In this document: piece after piece, positions 46,387 to 55,793 of the stretch | Layout of the letters: every line of letters starts with the position of its first letter | Numbering within the stretch: the first letter of the stretch is position 1 | Assembly (NCBI GenBank): GCA_963806035.1 | Contig: CAWDWO010000039.1 | Coordinates: 32,001 to 96,000 of the forward strand | Origin: Candidatus Krumholzibacteriota bacterium | GTDB lineage: Bacteria; Krumholzibacteriota; Krumholzibacteriia; JAJRXK01 | Length of the DNA: 64,000 nt | Direction of reading: 5' to 3' | Program-made: the position numbers and the translations under genes | Notes under the pieces: model-generated | The model's database searches: none | Told to the model about the DNA's origin: nothing | The model's input: the letters and a program-made list of their open reading frames with translations, nothing else

Positions 46387-49182
46387 ATGGCGAGTGCCGA
46401 AACTATCACGATCCACGGGGCCCGCCAACACAACCTGCGGAATCTGGATCTCTCCATCCCCAAGGCTCATTTCACCACCATCAGCGGGGTCTCCGGCAGC
46501 GGCAAATCTTCCTTGGCCTTCGATACTCTCTACGCCGAGGGACAGCGCTGCTACGTGGAGAGTCTCTCCACCTACGCGCGACAGTTCCTCGAGAGATTGG
46601 AAAAACCCGAGGTCGATTTCATCGACGGAATCCAGCCCGCCATCGCGATCCGGCAGCGCAACACGATTCGCTCCAGCCGCTCGACGGTGGGAACCTCGAC
46701 GGAAATTCACGACTACCTGCGCCTCCTCTATGCTCGAGCCGGACGCACCTACTGTCTGGACTGTGGAGTGGAGGTTACACCGGATACTCCGGATGGGGCC
46801 GTCGTCAAAGCCCGCGAGAAATTCGACGAGGGAGCGCGGATCCACGTCGTCTTTCCCGCCGCGGCGACCGAGACGCTGAGTTTCCAGGAGCTGGCGAGTC
46901 GTCTGGTGGCGCAGGGCTATCTACGCGCTCTGTGCGGCGAGGAAGTTCGATCGCTCGAGGATTCCTGGCGGCGCGAACCGAAGGTGGGTGAAGAGTTTTA
47001 CGTACTCGCCGATCGCATGGTCTTCAAACCGGAGAACGAACTGCGTCTGGCCGAATCGGTGGAGGCCGCCCTCAGCGCCGGTGAAGGACGCGCGGGCATC
47101 GTAAAGGAGAACAGCGCGGACATTCTGCCCCTGAGCAAGGTCTTTGCTTGCTCGCACTGTGGCCGCTCCTACGAACCGCCCCACGCGCAGCTTTTTTCCT
47201 TCAATTCTCCCCAGGGGGCATGCCCGGCCTGCAACGGTTTCGGCGAGAGACTCGAATTCGACGAGCGCAGGATCATCCCCGATCTGGGCCGCAGCCTCGG
47301 AGCCGGAGCGGTGAAGCTCTGGGCCAGCGAGACCTTCGCTCACGAGATGAGCGTCATGCTGAAGGCCTGTCGCCGGCGCAAGATTCCCATCGACGTGCCC
47401 TTCGAAAAGCTGAGCGCGAAGCACAAGACATTCATCCTCGAGGCGCGCGAGAAAGACTATGTCGGAGTCATCCCCTGGCTGAGCGAGATGCGCGAGGCGA
47501 GGGTCAAGGAGGGACATCGCTTCTACACTCGCCGCTACATGGGGCGAAGCACCTGCCGCACTTGCCAGGGAACGCGGCTCAAACCCGAAGCGCGGGCCGT
47601 GCGCGTGGGGGGAGTTGGCATCGGTGATTTGTGCGCGATGTCCATCCCCAATGCGAGGAAGTTTCTAAAGGAACTGAAGCTCGACGAGACACGGCGCGAA
47701 ATCGTGAGAGACGTGCTACTCGAAATCCTCGAGCGCCTCTCGTTCTTGGAAGCCATTGGTCTGGGTTATCTCGATCTTTCGCGCGCCAGCCGCACCCTGA
47801 GCGGCGGGGAAATGCAGCGAATTCACCTGAGCAACGCGCTCTCCAGCCGCCTGGTGGAAACGCTCTACGTGCTGGACGAGCCCAGTATCGGCCTGCATCC
47901 GGCGGACACCTATCGCCTCATCGAACGCCTGAAAGAGCTGGCGCAACTCGGCAACACGGTCGTCGTGGTCGAACACGATTTGGAGATCTTGCGTTCCAGC
48001 GACAGACTCATCGACCTCGGACCCGGTGCGGGAACGCACGGAGGCCGGGTGCTCTACGAGGGAGTTCCGCCACAGGGGAACGATCCGAATCCGGGGGCAA
48101 AGGACAGCCTGACTTGCGCCTATCTCTCCGGAGAGCGCGAAGTACCAATGCGCAAGAACCGGCGCGCGGCGGGTCGCAAGCGGGTCACTCTGGTCAACGC
48201 GCGTCTGCACAACCTGAAGGGCATCGACTTCACCTTGCCTCTGGGACTCTTCGTGTGCGTGACCGGCGTGAGCGGTTCGGGCAAGAGCACCCTGGTGAAC
48301 GAGCTGCTCTATCCGGCGCTCACCGGACAGATTGCCGGGGGAACGGGCAGGCTGCACGGTTTCGACGCGCTGCACGGCGCGGAGAACGTGGATCAAGTGG
48401 TGATGGTCGATCAGAGTCCGGTGGGACGTAGCGCGCGCAGCAATCCGGGAACCTACCTGCACGTTCTCGGAGATATCCGCGAGTTACTGGCCTCCACCGC
48501 CGAGGCACGAAAACGCGGCTGGACCGCGGGACGTTTCTCCTTCAACGTCGCCGGTGGTCGCTGCCCGGTCTGCCAGGGAATGGGCGAGGTGAGAGTGGAG
48601 ATGCAGTTCATGGCCGACGTGACCGTACCCTGTGAGGAGTGCGGCGGACGGCGCTTCGAACCCTCGACTCTCTTGGTCAAGTATCGCGGTCGCAACATTT
48701 CGGAGATCCTCGATCTCACGGTGGACGAGGCCATCAACTTTTTCGCCGACTCGCCCGCGATAGGTGCCAGACTCTGGCTGCTCCAGCGCGTGGGACTCGG
48801 CTATTTGAAGCTCGGCCAGCCAGCGGGCACCCTCAGCGGAGGCGAGAGTCAACGGCTCAAGATCGCGCGTGAACTGTCCTACGGAGGCAAGGATCACACT
48901 CTCTATCTGCTCGACGAACCAACCTGCGGACTGCATCCTGAAGACATCAAGCGCCTGGTGACGGTTCTGAACGAACTGGTGGACGCGGGGAATACCGTGC
49001 TCGTCATCGAACACAACCTGGATGTGATCAAGAATGCCGATCACGTGGTCGATCTGGGAATTGGCGGTGGGCCGGCCGGGGGTAAGATCGTGGTCGCGGG
49101 ACCTCCGGAGAGCCTCACGGAAAATGCCGAATCCGTCACCGGAAAGCACCTGCGCGAGATGTTGTCCATGCAGAGGAGCTAG
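46387..49182 (+). CDS. uvrA: Excinuclease ABC subunit A (UvrA family)
   Basis: GARQHNL, two Walker A motifs (GVSGSGKS), FSFNSPQGAC, LSGGE twice, LDEP twice, Zn-finger CxxC pairs. Confidence 0.95.
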   Translation: MASAETITIHGARQHNLRNLDLSIPKAHFTTISGVSGSGKSSLAFDTLYAEGQRCYVESLSTYARQFLERLEKPEVDFIDGIQPAIAIRQRNTIRSSRSTVGTSTEIHDYLRLLYARAGRTYCLDCGVEVTPDTPDGAVVKAREKFDEGARIHVVFPAAATETLSFQELASRLVAQGYLRALCGEEVRSLEDSWRREPKVGEEFYVLADRMVFKPENELRLAESVEAALSAGEGRAGIVKENSADILPLSKVFACSHCGRSYEPPHAQLFSFNSPQGACPACNGFGERLEFDERRIIPDLGRSLGAGAVKLWASETFAHEMSVMLKACRRRKIPIDVPFEKLSAKHKTFILEAREKDYVGVIPWLSEMREARVKEGHRFYTRRYMGRSTCRTCQGTRLKPEARAVRVGGVGIGDLCAMSIPNARKFLKELKLDETRREIVRDVLLEILERLSFLEAIGLGYLDLSRASRTLSGGEMQRIHLSNALSSRLVETLYVLDEPSIGLHPADTYRLIERLKELAQLGNTVVVVEHDLEILRSSDRLIDLGPGAGTHGGRVLYEGVPPQGNDPNPGAKDSLTCAYLSGEREVPMRKNRRAAGRKRVTLVNARLHNLKGIDFTLPLGLFVCVTGVSGSGKSTLVNELLYPALTGQIAGGTGRLHGFDALHGAENVDQVVMVDQSPVGRSARSNPGTYLHVLGDIRELLASTAEARKRGWTAGRFSFNVAGGRCPVCQGMGEVRVEMQFMADVTVPCEECGGRRFEPSTLLVKYRGRNISEILDLTVDEAINFFADSPAIGARLWLLQRVGLGYLKLGQPAGTLSGGESQRLKIARELSYGGKDHTLYLLDEPTCGLHPEDIKRLVTVLNELVDAGNTVLVIEHNLDVIKNADHVVDLGIGGGPAGGKIVVAGPPESLTENAESVTGKHLREMLSMQRS

Positions 49183-49185
49183 GGG

Positions 49186-50163
49186 ATGAGAGTCCTGGTC
49201 ACCGGCGGCGCCGGCTACATCGGAAGCGTGACGGTCCGCCAGCTACTAAAGGACGGTCACGAGGTGACGGTCCTCGACGATTTGAGTACGGGGCATCGCG
49301 CGGCAATCGAAGCGCGTGCGCGTTTCGTGGAGGGTCGCGTGCAGGACGCTGTCGCCCTCTCGGAGGCTCTGAGGGGCAGCGAGGCCGTGATCCACTTCGC
49401 CTCCTTGAGTTTGGTATCGGAGAGCGTGCGCGCTCCGCGCCGCTATTTTCGTGAGAACCTCTCGGCCGCGCTCGAGCTGCTGGAGGGAATGGAGCGCGCG
49501 AAAGTCCGCCGCCTGGTGTTCTCCAGCAGCGCCGCCGTCTACGGCGAGCCGGAGCTCGAGCTCATCGACGAAGACACACCGCTGCGGCCGGTGAACCCCT
49601 ACGGGATGAGCAAACTCATGGTGGAGGAAATCCTCGCCGAGGAGGCCCGGGCCAACGGCCTGTCCGCAATGGCTCTGCGTTACTTCAATGCTTGCGGCTC
49701 GGATGGGGTCCACGGAGAGGACCATGATCCGGAGACCCATCTCATCCCGCGTCTGTGCGCGGCGCTCTTGGAGCGCGGGCGGGAGTTCGTCATCCACGGA
49801 CGCGACTTTCCCACCGCGGACGGCACCGCGGTGCGCGACTACGTCCACGTGGTCGATCTGGCACGGGCTCACGTGAGCGCCCTGGCTGCGCTTCAGGCTC
49901 CCGGCTTCGAAGCTCTCAACCTGGGAACCGGCGCGGGAGCGAGCGTGCTCGAAGTGGTGCGCGCCGCGCAGGAGCTGGCGGGTTCCTCACTCGAGCTTCC
50001 CTTCGGCCCCCGGCGGGCGGGCGATCCGGCGCGGCTGGTGGCGGGGAACGAACGGGCGCGGCGCCGGCTCGCTTGGCGGCCCGAGCGCTCCGGGCTGAAG
50101 ACCATCCTGCAGGACGCCTATCGCTGGCACCAGGAGCACCCCCAGGGCTACTCGGACGCTTGA
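49186..50163 (+). CDS. galE: UDP-glucose 4-epimerase
   Basis: TGGAGYIGS, FSSSAAVYG, YGMSK, LRYFN, GEDH.PETHLIP, DGT.VRDYVHV. Confidence 0.93.
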   Translation: MRVLVTGGAGYIGSVTVRQLLKDGHEVTVLDDLSTGHRAAIEARARFVEGRVQDAVALSEALRGSEAVIHFASLSLVSESVRAPRRYFRENLSAALELLEGMERAKVRRLVFSSSAAVYGEPELELIDEDTPLRPVNPYGMSKLMVEEILAEEARANGLSAMALRYFNACGSDGVHGEDHDPETHLIPRLCAALLERGREFVIHGRDFPTADGTAVRDYVHVVDLARAHVSALAALQAPGFEALNLGTGAGASVLEVVRAAQELAGSSLELPFGPRRAGDPARLVAGNERARRRLAWRPERSGLKTILQDAYRWHQEHPQGYSDA

Positions 50164-50376
50164 GCCACCGTCGCCCCAGCGGCTGATCTGATCCCGGCAG
50201 CGGCGAAAAGCTGGGCAGGGGAGATGAGGGGTCGTCGCAGGGAAATTCCCGGTTTTCCGCCGCTGAATGAGCCTATTCGAGGCATTTTCCGCCGTCTGTG
50301 CGCCTTTGCGGAGACGCAGGGTCTCTCTGGCACTCCGGTTGCCCTTCGCGGGAGCATCTGGAGGGGAGACCACGCC

Positions 50377-52173
50377 ATGAAATCCGAAGAATCCCGGTCC
50401 GCCGAGTCGTCTCGTCCCACGCTCGAAGCGGCAGAACTCCTGCAGCGCATCCCGCGCCTCTTGCGTTTTCGTTTGGCCGGTCGCGCCGACCGACTGCTTC
50501 TGCGCCTGGCCGAGAAAGTGGGCTTTGCCGGGGGCGCAAGTCTATATATCGAACTCGAGAGCGGCCCAAACTCCCCTCTGATCGTGGCTGAACGCGGAAT
50601 TGCGGCTGAGCGCTGGACGCGCCAGCTGCAGGCGGAGCGTATCGGGCTGCTTTCGGTCGCACGAATCCCGGTTGCGCGCCGCCTTTCGGCGAATTTCGAA
50701 CCGGTGGCCGCGCGGCTCCTGCAGGGGCTCAATGCGCAGCGGCTCACCGTCATTCCGCTGGGATGTCAGGGAAGAGCCTGGCGGCTGCTCCTGCTCGCTG
50801 AGGGACCGCGCTTCAATCTGGAAACTCTGGCCGGAATGCGCGACTTGGCGCGCACCGTACTCGACGCCGCCCGGCGCCAGGAAGAGAGCGGGCCCGCTCG
50901 TGTCGAGCGTAGCACGCATTCCCGACCCGGCAGCCGTTCGCGCACGCGCGTAGTGCGCGGGGCGGATGTGTTCCGCTTGGGCGAGGGCCAACTCTCTCGC
51001 GCTCGACGTCTGGTGGACCATCACAACGATGCGGTGGGAAACCTCAGCCATGACTTGAAGAACCCGCTCGCCGCCATCTCGACTTCGCTCCAGGTTCTTG
51101 CGAGTGGCCGCGCCGGAGTGCTGGAACCCCATCAGCTTCGCCTGCTGGGACTGGCCCGCAGAAATACCGAACGACTGGAGAGAATGGTCGATAGTTTCGC
51201 CAAGGAGGCGCAGCGGCAGGAGGGGGAGACGGTTCTGGATTGGCGCGAGCTCGATGCGAGCGAGCTCGTGAACCAGGCGATGGCTTCATCGGGCGCGATG
51301 GCGCTGACACAGGACCGTCAACTCGCCTGGGTCGTCGATCACGGCAGCACGGTTTACGGCGACCCCGATCGCATCCTGCGCATCCTGGATAACTTGGTGG
51401 GAAATGCGCTGAAATTTTCGGGACACGAAGGAAGCGTGCTGGTCAGCGCACGCAAGGACATGGTGCGCAAAGAGGACGAACTCGCTCGCGCCGCTGCCAG
51501 TCTGGGACACGCGCTTCGGGGTCTGTCGATCGCGGTGGAGGACGACGGACCGGGGATGAGCGAAGAGGTCTGCGCGCGCGCATTCGAGCGTTTCTGGCAG
51601 GAGGATGAGGAACGCGGCCGGGGCCGTGGTTCCGGTCTCGGTCTTTCGATCGTTCAATCTCTGGTCCTCGCGCTGCACGGAACGGTCAGCTTGACCAGCG
51701 AGCCACAGAAGGGTACCTGCGCGCGAGTTTGGCTCCCCCGCGACGAAGCTTGCGGTAGGCTCTGCGCGCAGCTGCAATCGCTCATGCGGGAACTGGATCG
51801 TCTGCGAGTCAGATGCCAGTCCGCGCGCCTTCTGCTTCTGGAGCTCTCACAATCCACCGACGAGCTCATGGCGGGCTTCGAAAATCTCCATCAGCAGCTG
51901 GTGGAGGAGGGCAGGAATCGCTGGACGGCGTACCGAGTTCACAGCTCCGCCCTCGTGCTCCTCTTGGATGAGGATGAACCCTATCCCACGTCTCTCTCAG
52001 TCATGACGGCGGAGAGCAAACCGGGGATGTCGGCTGTCCTGCGTCAGGGAACCGCCTGCTTCCCCCGTGATGGAGAGAGTTTGGATGTTCTGCTCGAACA
52101 AGCCCGGAACACGATGAGCGACCAGTGGTTGGTTGCGGCAGTCGGGGCCGGGCAACGGGAGAAGGCACGATGA
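50377..52173 (+). CDS. Cytoplasmic sensor histidine kinase
   Basis: H-box SHDLKNPL, N-box NLVGNALKF, DDGPG, GSGLGL; no TM segments. Confidence 0.88.
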   Translation: MKSEESRSAESSRPTLEAAELLQRIPRLLRFRLAGRADRLLLRLAEKVGFAGGASLYIELESGPNSPLIVAERGIAAERWTRQLQAERIGLLSVARIPVARRLSANFEPVAARLLQGLNAQRLTVIPLGCQGRAWRLLLLAEGPRFNLETLAGMRDLARTVLDAARRQEESGPARVERSTHSRPGSRSRTRVVRGADVFRLGEGQLSRARRLVDHHNDAVGNLSHDLKNPLAAISTSLQVLASGRAGVLEPHQLRLLGLARRNTERLERMVDSFAKEAQRQEGETVLDWRELDASELVNQAMASSGAMALTQDRQLAWVVDHGSTVYGDPDRILRILDNLVGNALKFSGHEGSVLVSARKDMVRKEDELARAAASLGHALRGLSIAVEDDGPGMSEEVCARAFERFWQEDEERGRGRGSGLGLSIVQSLVLALHGTVSLTSEPQKGTCARVWLPRDEACGRLCAQLQSLMRELDRLRVRCQSARLLLLELSQSTDELMAGFENLHQQLVEEGRNRWTAYRVHSSALVLLLDEDEPYPTSLSVMTAESKPGMSAVLRQGTACFPRDGESLDVLLEQARNTMSDQWLVAAVGAGQREKAR

Positions 52174-52571
52174 GCGAAGCTCGTATACTACTTGTCGACG
52201 ATGAACGAGATATCGCCGAAGCCCTCAGCTTTGCGCTGACGAGCGATGGATACGAAGTGGAAATTGCCACTGACGGCGAGGTGGGCTATCGGTCCGCGCT
52301 TCAAAATCCGCCCGATCTTCTCATATTGGACGTGATGCTGCCCGGAATCAACGGCTACGAGATCAGCCGCCAACTGAAGGACTGGATGAAAGGGGCGCCA
52401 GCCGGCAAGAGCTTCCCAATTCTGCTCATCACCGCGCGGCGGATCCACACCCCGCAGCGTGAGGAATTCCTTTCGGTGTGGTCGAGGGCCGATGCGGTTC
52501 TGTACAAGCCTTTCGAACTGAGCGATCTCGCGAAGTGCGTGGAGGAGCTCCTGGTGGCTGCCATGACTTGA
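52170..52571 (+). CDS. Single-domain response regulator
   Basis: ILLVDDE, LDVMLP, ITA, KPF; ATGA overlap with the kinase gene. Confidence 0.9.
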   Translation: MSEARILLVDDERDIAEALSFALTSDGYEVEIATDGEVGYRSALQNPPDLLILDVMLPGINGYEISRQLKDWMKGAPAGKSFPILLITARRIHTPQREEFLSVWSRADAVLYKPFELSDLAKCVEELLVAAMT

Positions 52572-52677
52572 GCTTGCGGCCGGCCTTGACACCCTCGGTG
52601 GCTTCTACGATATTCTCCCTCCGCTCGATTTCGAGTCTATCGGCGCCTGATGGCGCCCGCGCCGAATCTCGCGCGGT

Positions 52678-52753
<76 letters not shown>

Positions 52754-52902
52754 TTCTCACCCCCGGCACGAAAACCCACGACGCTCAGTCCATCCGCCTC
52801 ATTCGAGCCCTGGGCCAGTCTGCGGCTTGCAAGAATCTTCATTCTGCGTCAAGCTCCTTCGCGCGCTGAATTCCCCAGCCCCTCCCATGGATGTGGACCA
52901 CG

Positions 52903-53901
52903 ATGCGGCTGAGAAGGCTCATCCTGAAGTCGATAGAGTTCTTTGGTCTGCACCCGTATCTGCGGCGGCGACGGCATGGCGCCCTCGTCCTGGCCTACCA
53001 TGGCGTGGAGGAGCAGATTCTCGATCCGCGCATACAGACCGTTCACGTTTCACTGCTTCGCTTCGAGCAGCAGATGAAATACCTGAAAGAGAACTTCGAG
53101 GTCATCAGTGTCGATGAGCTCGAGCAGCGACTCGCGGCCGGAAGCGGACTGGACGGCAATCAGGCCGTCATCACTCTGGATGACGGCTACCGCAACAACC
53201 TGCAGATCGCTGCGCCCTTGCTCGACTCCATGGATCTTCCCTTCTCGGTATTCGTCTGCTCGCAAAACGTCAGCGATGGACACCGGCTGCCAACCTATCT
53301 CGCGCGCAGTGCTCTCTATCTCACCGAGAGACCCTCTTGCCGCATACAGGCCCTCAACCAAGAGCTCCCCCTGCACAGTCTGGAAGAGAAGGACTTCAGC
53401 GCGCGCTATCTGGTCGCCACTCTCAAATCTTCGGCTCAGCCGGTCGTGGAGAGCATGCTCTCTGACTTGGAAACTCTGCTGCCCCCCGAACGTAGAGAGG
53501 AAATCGACGAGCGCTTTGCTTCTGATGCGTTGATGAGCTGGGATGAAGTAAGAACGCTGCACCAGAATGGCGTGATCATCGCCTCGCACGGCAAGCAGCA
53601 CTGCATCCTGCACGATGAGCAGGAGCTCGACTTGGTAAAGACCGAAGTGCGGGAAAGCAAGGAGACGCTGGAGCGGGAACTGGGTTCGTGCAAGTACTTC
53701 GCGTACCCCAATGGTGGCCCCGCGGACATCTCGAAGGCCTCCGTTTTGGAAGTGGAGAGGGCCGGCTATGCCATGGGCTTCACCTGTATTTTCGGAGAGA
53801 CGAGGCTGGACAGTCCGCGGGCGTTCTTGCCGCGCATGGACGCCGACGTCGGATTCGACACCTTCAAGTTCTTTTTGAACAGTGCTTACCGTCCCCGATG
53901 A
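52903..53901 (+). CDS. Polysaccharide deacetylase (CE4/NodB-like)
   Basis: LAYHGV, ITLDDGY, MSWDEV, IASHGKQH, FAYPNG. Confidence 0.88.
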   Translation: MRLRRLILKSIEFFGLHPYLRRRRHGALVLAYHGVEEQILDPRIQTVHVSLLRFEQQMKYLKENFEVISVDELEQRLAAGSGLDGNQAVITLDDGYRNNLQIAAPLLDSMDLPFSVFVCSQNVSDGHRLPTYLARSALYLTERPSCRIQALNQELPLHSLEEKDFSARYLVATLKSSAQPVVESMLSDLETLLPPERREEIDERFASDALMSWDEVRTLHQNGVIIASHGKQHCILHDEQELDLVKTEVRESKETLERELGSCKYFAYPNGGPADISKASVLEVERAGYAMGFTCIFGETRLDSPRAFLPRMDADVGFDTFKFFLNSAYRPR

Positions 53902-55078
53902 ATCCCCCGAAGGAGCGCTCCCGGTCATCGCGCTGGGAGGATATATCACGGTATTGGGAGCAATTCGCTGCCTGGGTAGCGAGGGAATCCGGGCCTATTG
54001 CGTCACTCCGGTCGAGCCCTTCATCGCCCACTCGCGTTACTACCACGAAATTCCCGGGCCCGAAGGCCGCTTGCTCCATCCGGCCGAACTGCCCGCTTTC
54101 CTAGAGAGACTCCCGCTGCCGCGTGCTGTTCTCTTGCCCTGTGCGGATGACTGGGTGCTGGCAGTGGCCCAGTTGCCTTCGGAACTGAGCCATCGCTTTC
54201 CCTCGAGCGCTCCCAGCGTTTCCGTGCTGGAGCAGTTCCTGGACAAGGCCAAGCTGGAGCAGTTGCTGGACCGCTTCGAAGTGCAACGTCCTCAAACGCG
54301 GGCCCTGCCTACTCGGGAATCCCTGCGCGAGGCCGACTGGGACTCGGGTACCTCTTGGTTTCTCAAGCCGGTCGATTCGCAGAGCTTCCGGCGTCGCTTC
54401 GGGGTGAAGGCATTCCGGGTCGCATCCCTGGAGGACGCCGAGGCGCGCTGGGACGAGATTCACACGGAAGGCCTCGAAATGGTCCTGCAGGAGTACGTGG
54501 CGGGACCCGCGAGCAATCACTTCTTCGTCGATGGATTCGTGGATCAGAATGGCGAAATCAGGGCCCTGTTCGCCCGTCGCAGGCTGCGCATTCATCCGCC
54601 TGATTTTGGCGACAGCTCCGCCCTGGTGAGCGTTCCCCTCGAGGAGGTCGCACCCGCCGTGAGCGCCTGCCGGCGCCTTCTTGACGGCGTGGGCTTTCGC
54701 GGCATCTTCTCGGTCGAGTTCAAGCGCGATGCGAAGGATGGCGCATTCAAGCTCATCGAAGTCAATACCAGGGCTTGGGCGAACGTGGGTTTTGCGCAAA
54801 GTTGCGGTGTCAACACGCCGCTCATGGCCTATCGCGACGCCCTCGGGTTGCCAGTCGAGAGCGTGCAGGAGTACGCGATCGGGCGCCGCTTCTGCTTCTT
54901 TCCCGCCGACTTCTCCGCCTGTCTGAGACTGCGGCGCTCGGGAGAACTCAGCCTGACACGGTGGATCCGTTCCTGGATCAACGCGGAAGCATCGGTCTTC
55001 AGGTGGAGCGATCCTCTACCCGGAGTCAGACAGGGCTTGCAACTTGGGGCGAGTGCGCTCAAGAAGCTCTTCGTCTGA
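53882..55078 (+). CDS. ATP-grasp carboxylate-amine ligase (D-aspartate ligase-like)
   Basis: LLPCADD, DK, FLKP, LQEYV, VEFKRD..DG.FKLIEVNTR, DPLP; true start probably ATG 53898 with a 1-nt error. Confidence 0.82.
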   Translation: MLTVPDESPEGALPVIALGGYITVLGAIRCLGSEGIRAYCVTPVEPFIAHSRYYHEIPGPEGRLLHPAELPAFLERLPLPRAVLLPCADDWVLAVAQLPSELSHRFPSSAPSVSVLEQFLDKAKLEQLLDRFEVQRPQTRALPTRESLREADWDSGTSWFLKPVDSQSFRRRFGVKAFRVASLEDAEARWDEIHTEGLEMVLQEYVAGPASNHFFVDGFVDQNGEIRALFARRRLRIHPPDFGDSSALVSVPLEEVAPAVSACRRLLDGVGFRGIFSVEFKRDAKDGAFKLIEVNTRAWANVGFAQSCGVNTPLMAYRDALGLPVESVQEYAIGRRFCFFPADFSACLRLRRSGELSLTRWIRSWINAEASVFRWSDPLPGVRQGLQLGASALKKLFV

Positions 55079-55361
55079 GCAAATCCTCCCAGATTCTGAC
55101 CGCCGGGCTGCTTGCAGATCCCACCGATCCCAGCCACTTGGCTCGCAGCATGCACGCAAGATTGAAGCGGATGCTTCAAGTGGCGAGTCATCATGAGCAA
55201 TCATGAGACCCTCTGAGATCGAATCGTACTCCATTTGCGGGGCTTGATTCCCCGTCCTTCCCGACTCCGGCGCGCTCACGCGGGCAGGCACGGCTTGTGC
55301 ACCGCCCTCCGTGTTCTCTCTACTCAGGGCCCGAATCAGCGGGAAACGAAGAGGTCGAACC

Positions 55362-55781
55362 GTGGAACACCAGACTGGTCCAAGAAGAATCGCCCACCGG
55401 AAACGTTGGAGCAATCAAAGTGGCTTCACGGTCGTGGAGTTGATGGCGGCGCTGCTGCTTTTCAGCATCGGGCTCGTCGCTTTGGCTCGAGTGCTTCCCC
55501 AAGGAATGGAAGTTCGAGACCGGGGCCGGCGAATGACGGTAGCCATGCAGCTGGCGAGGGAGCAAATCGAGACTCTTCGGAGCCTCCCTTTCACCGATCC
55601 CGATCTCGCCAACGGCCAGCACGTGGACAACGAAGTATTGAGGAACGGATCGTACCGCCGGCGATGGACGGTACAGGATGACACGCCCCTTCCGAACATG
55701 ATGCGCATCGAAGTTCGAGTCGCATTCACTACGTCCGAGGCAGATAGCGAAGCAGTGATCGTCACACAGCGAACCCGATAG
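55362..55781 (+). CDS. Type IV minor pilin, PilV-like
   Basis: Class III signal QSG|FTVVELMAALLLFSIG. Confidence 0.85.
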   Translation: MEHQTGPRRIAHRKRWSNQSGFTVVELMAALLLFSIGLVALARVLPQGMEVRDRGRRMTVAMQLAREQIETLRSLPFTDPDLANGQHVDNEVLRNGSYRRRWTVQDDTPLPNMMRIEVRVAFTTSEADSEAVIVTQRTR

Positions 55782-55793
55782 GTGGTGGCACCG

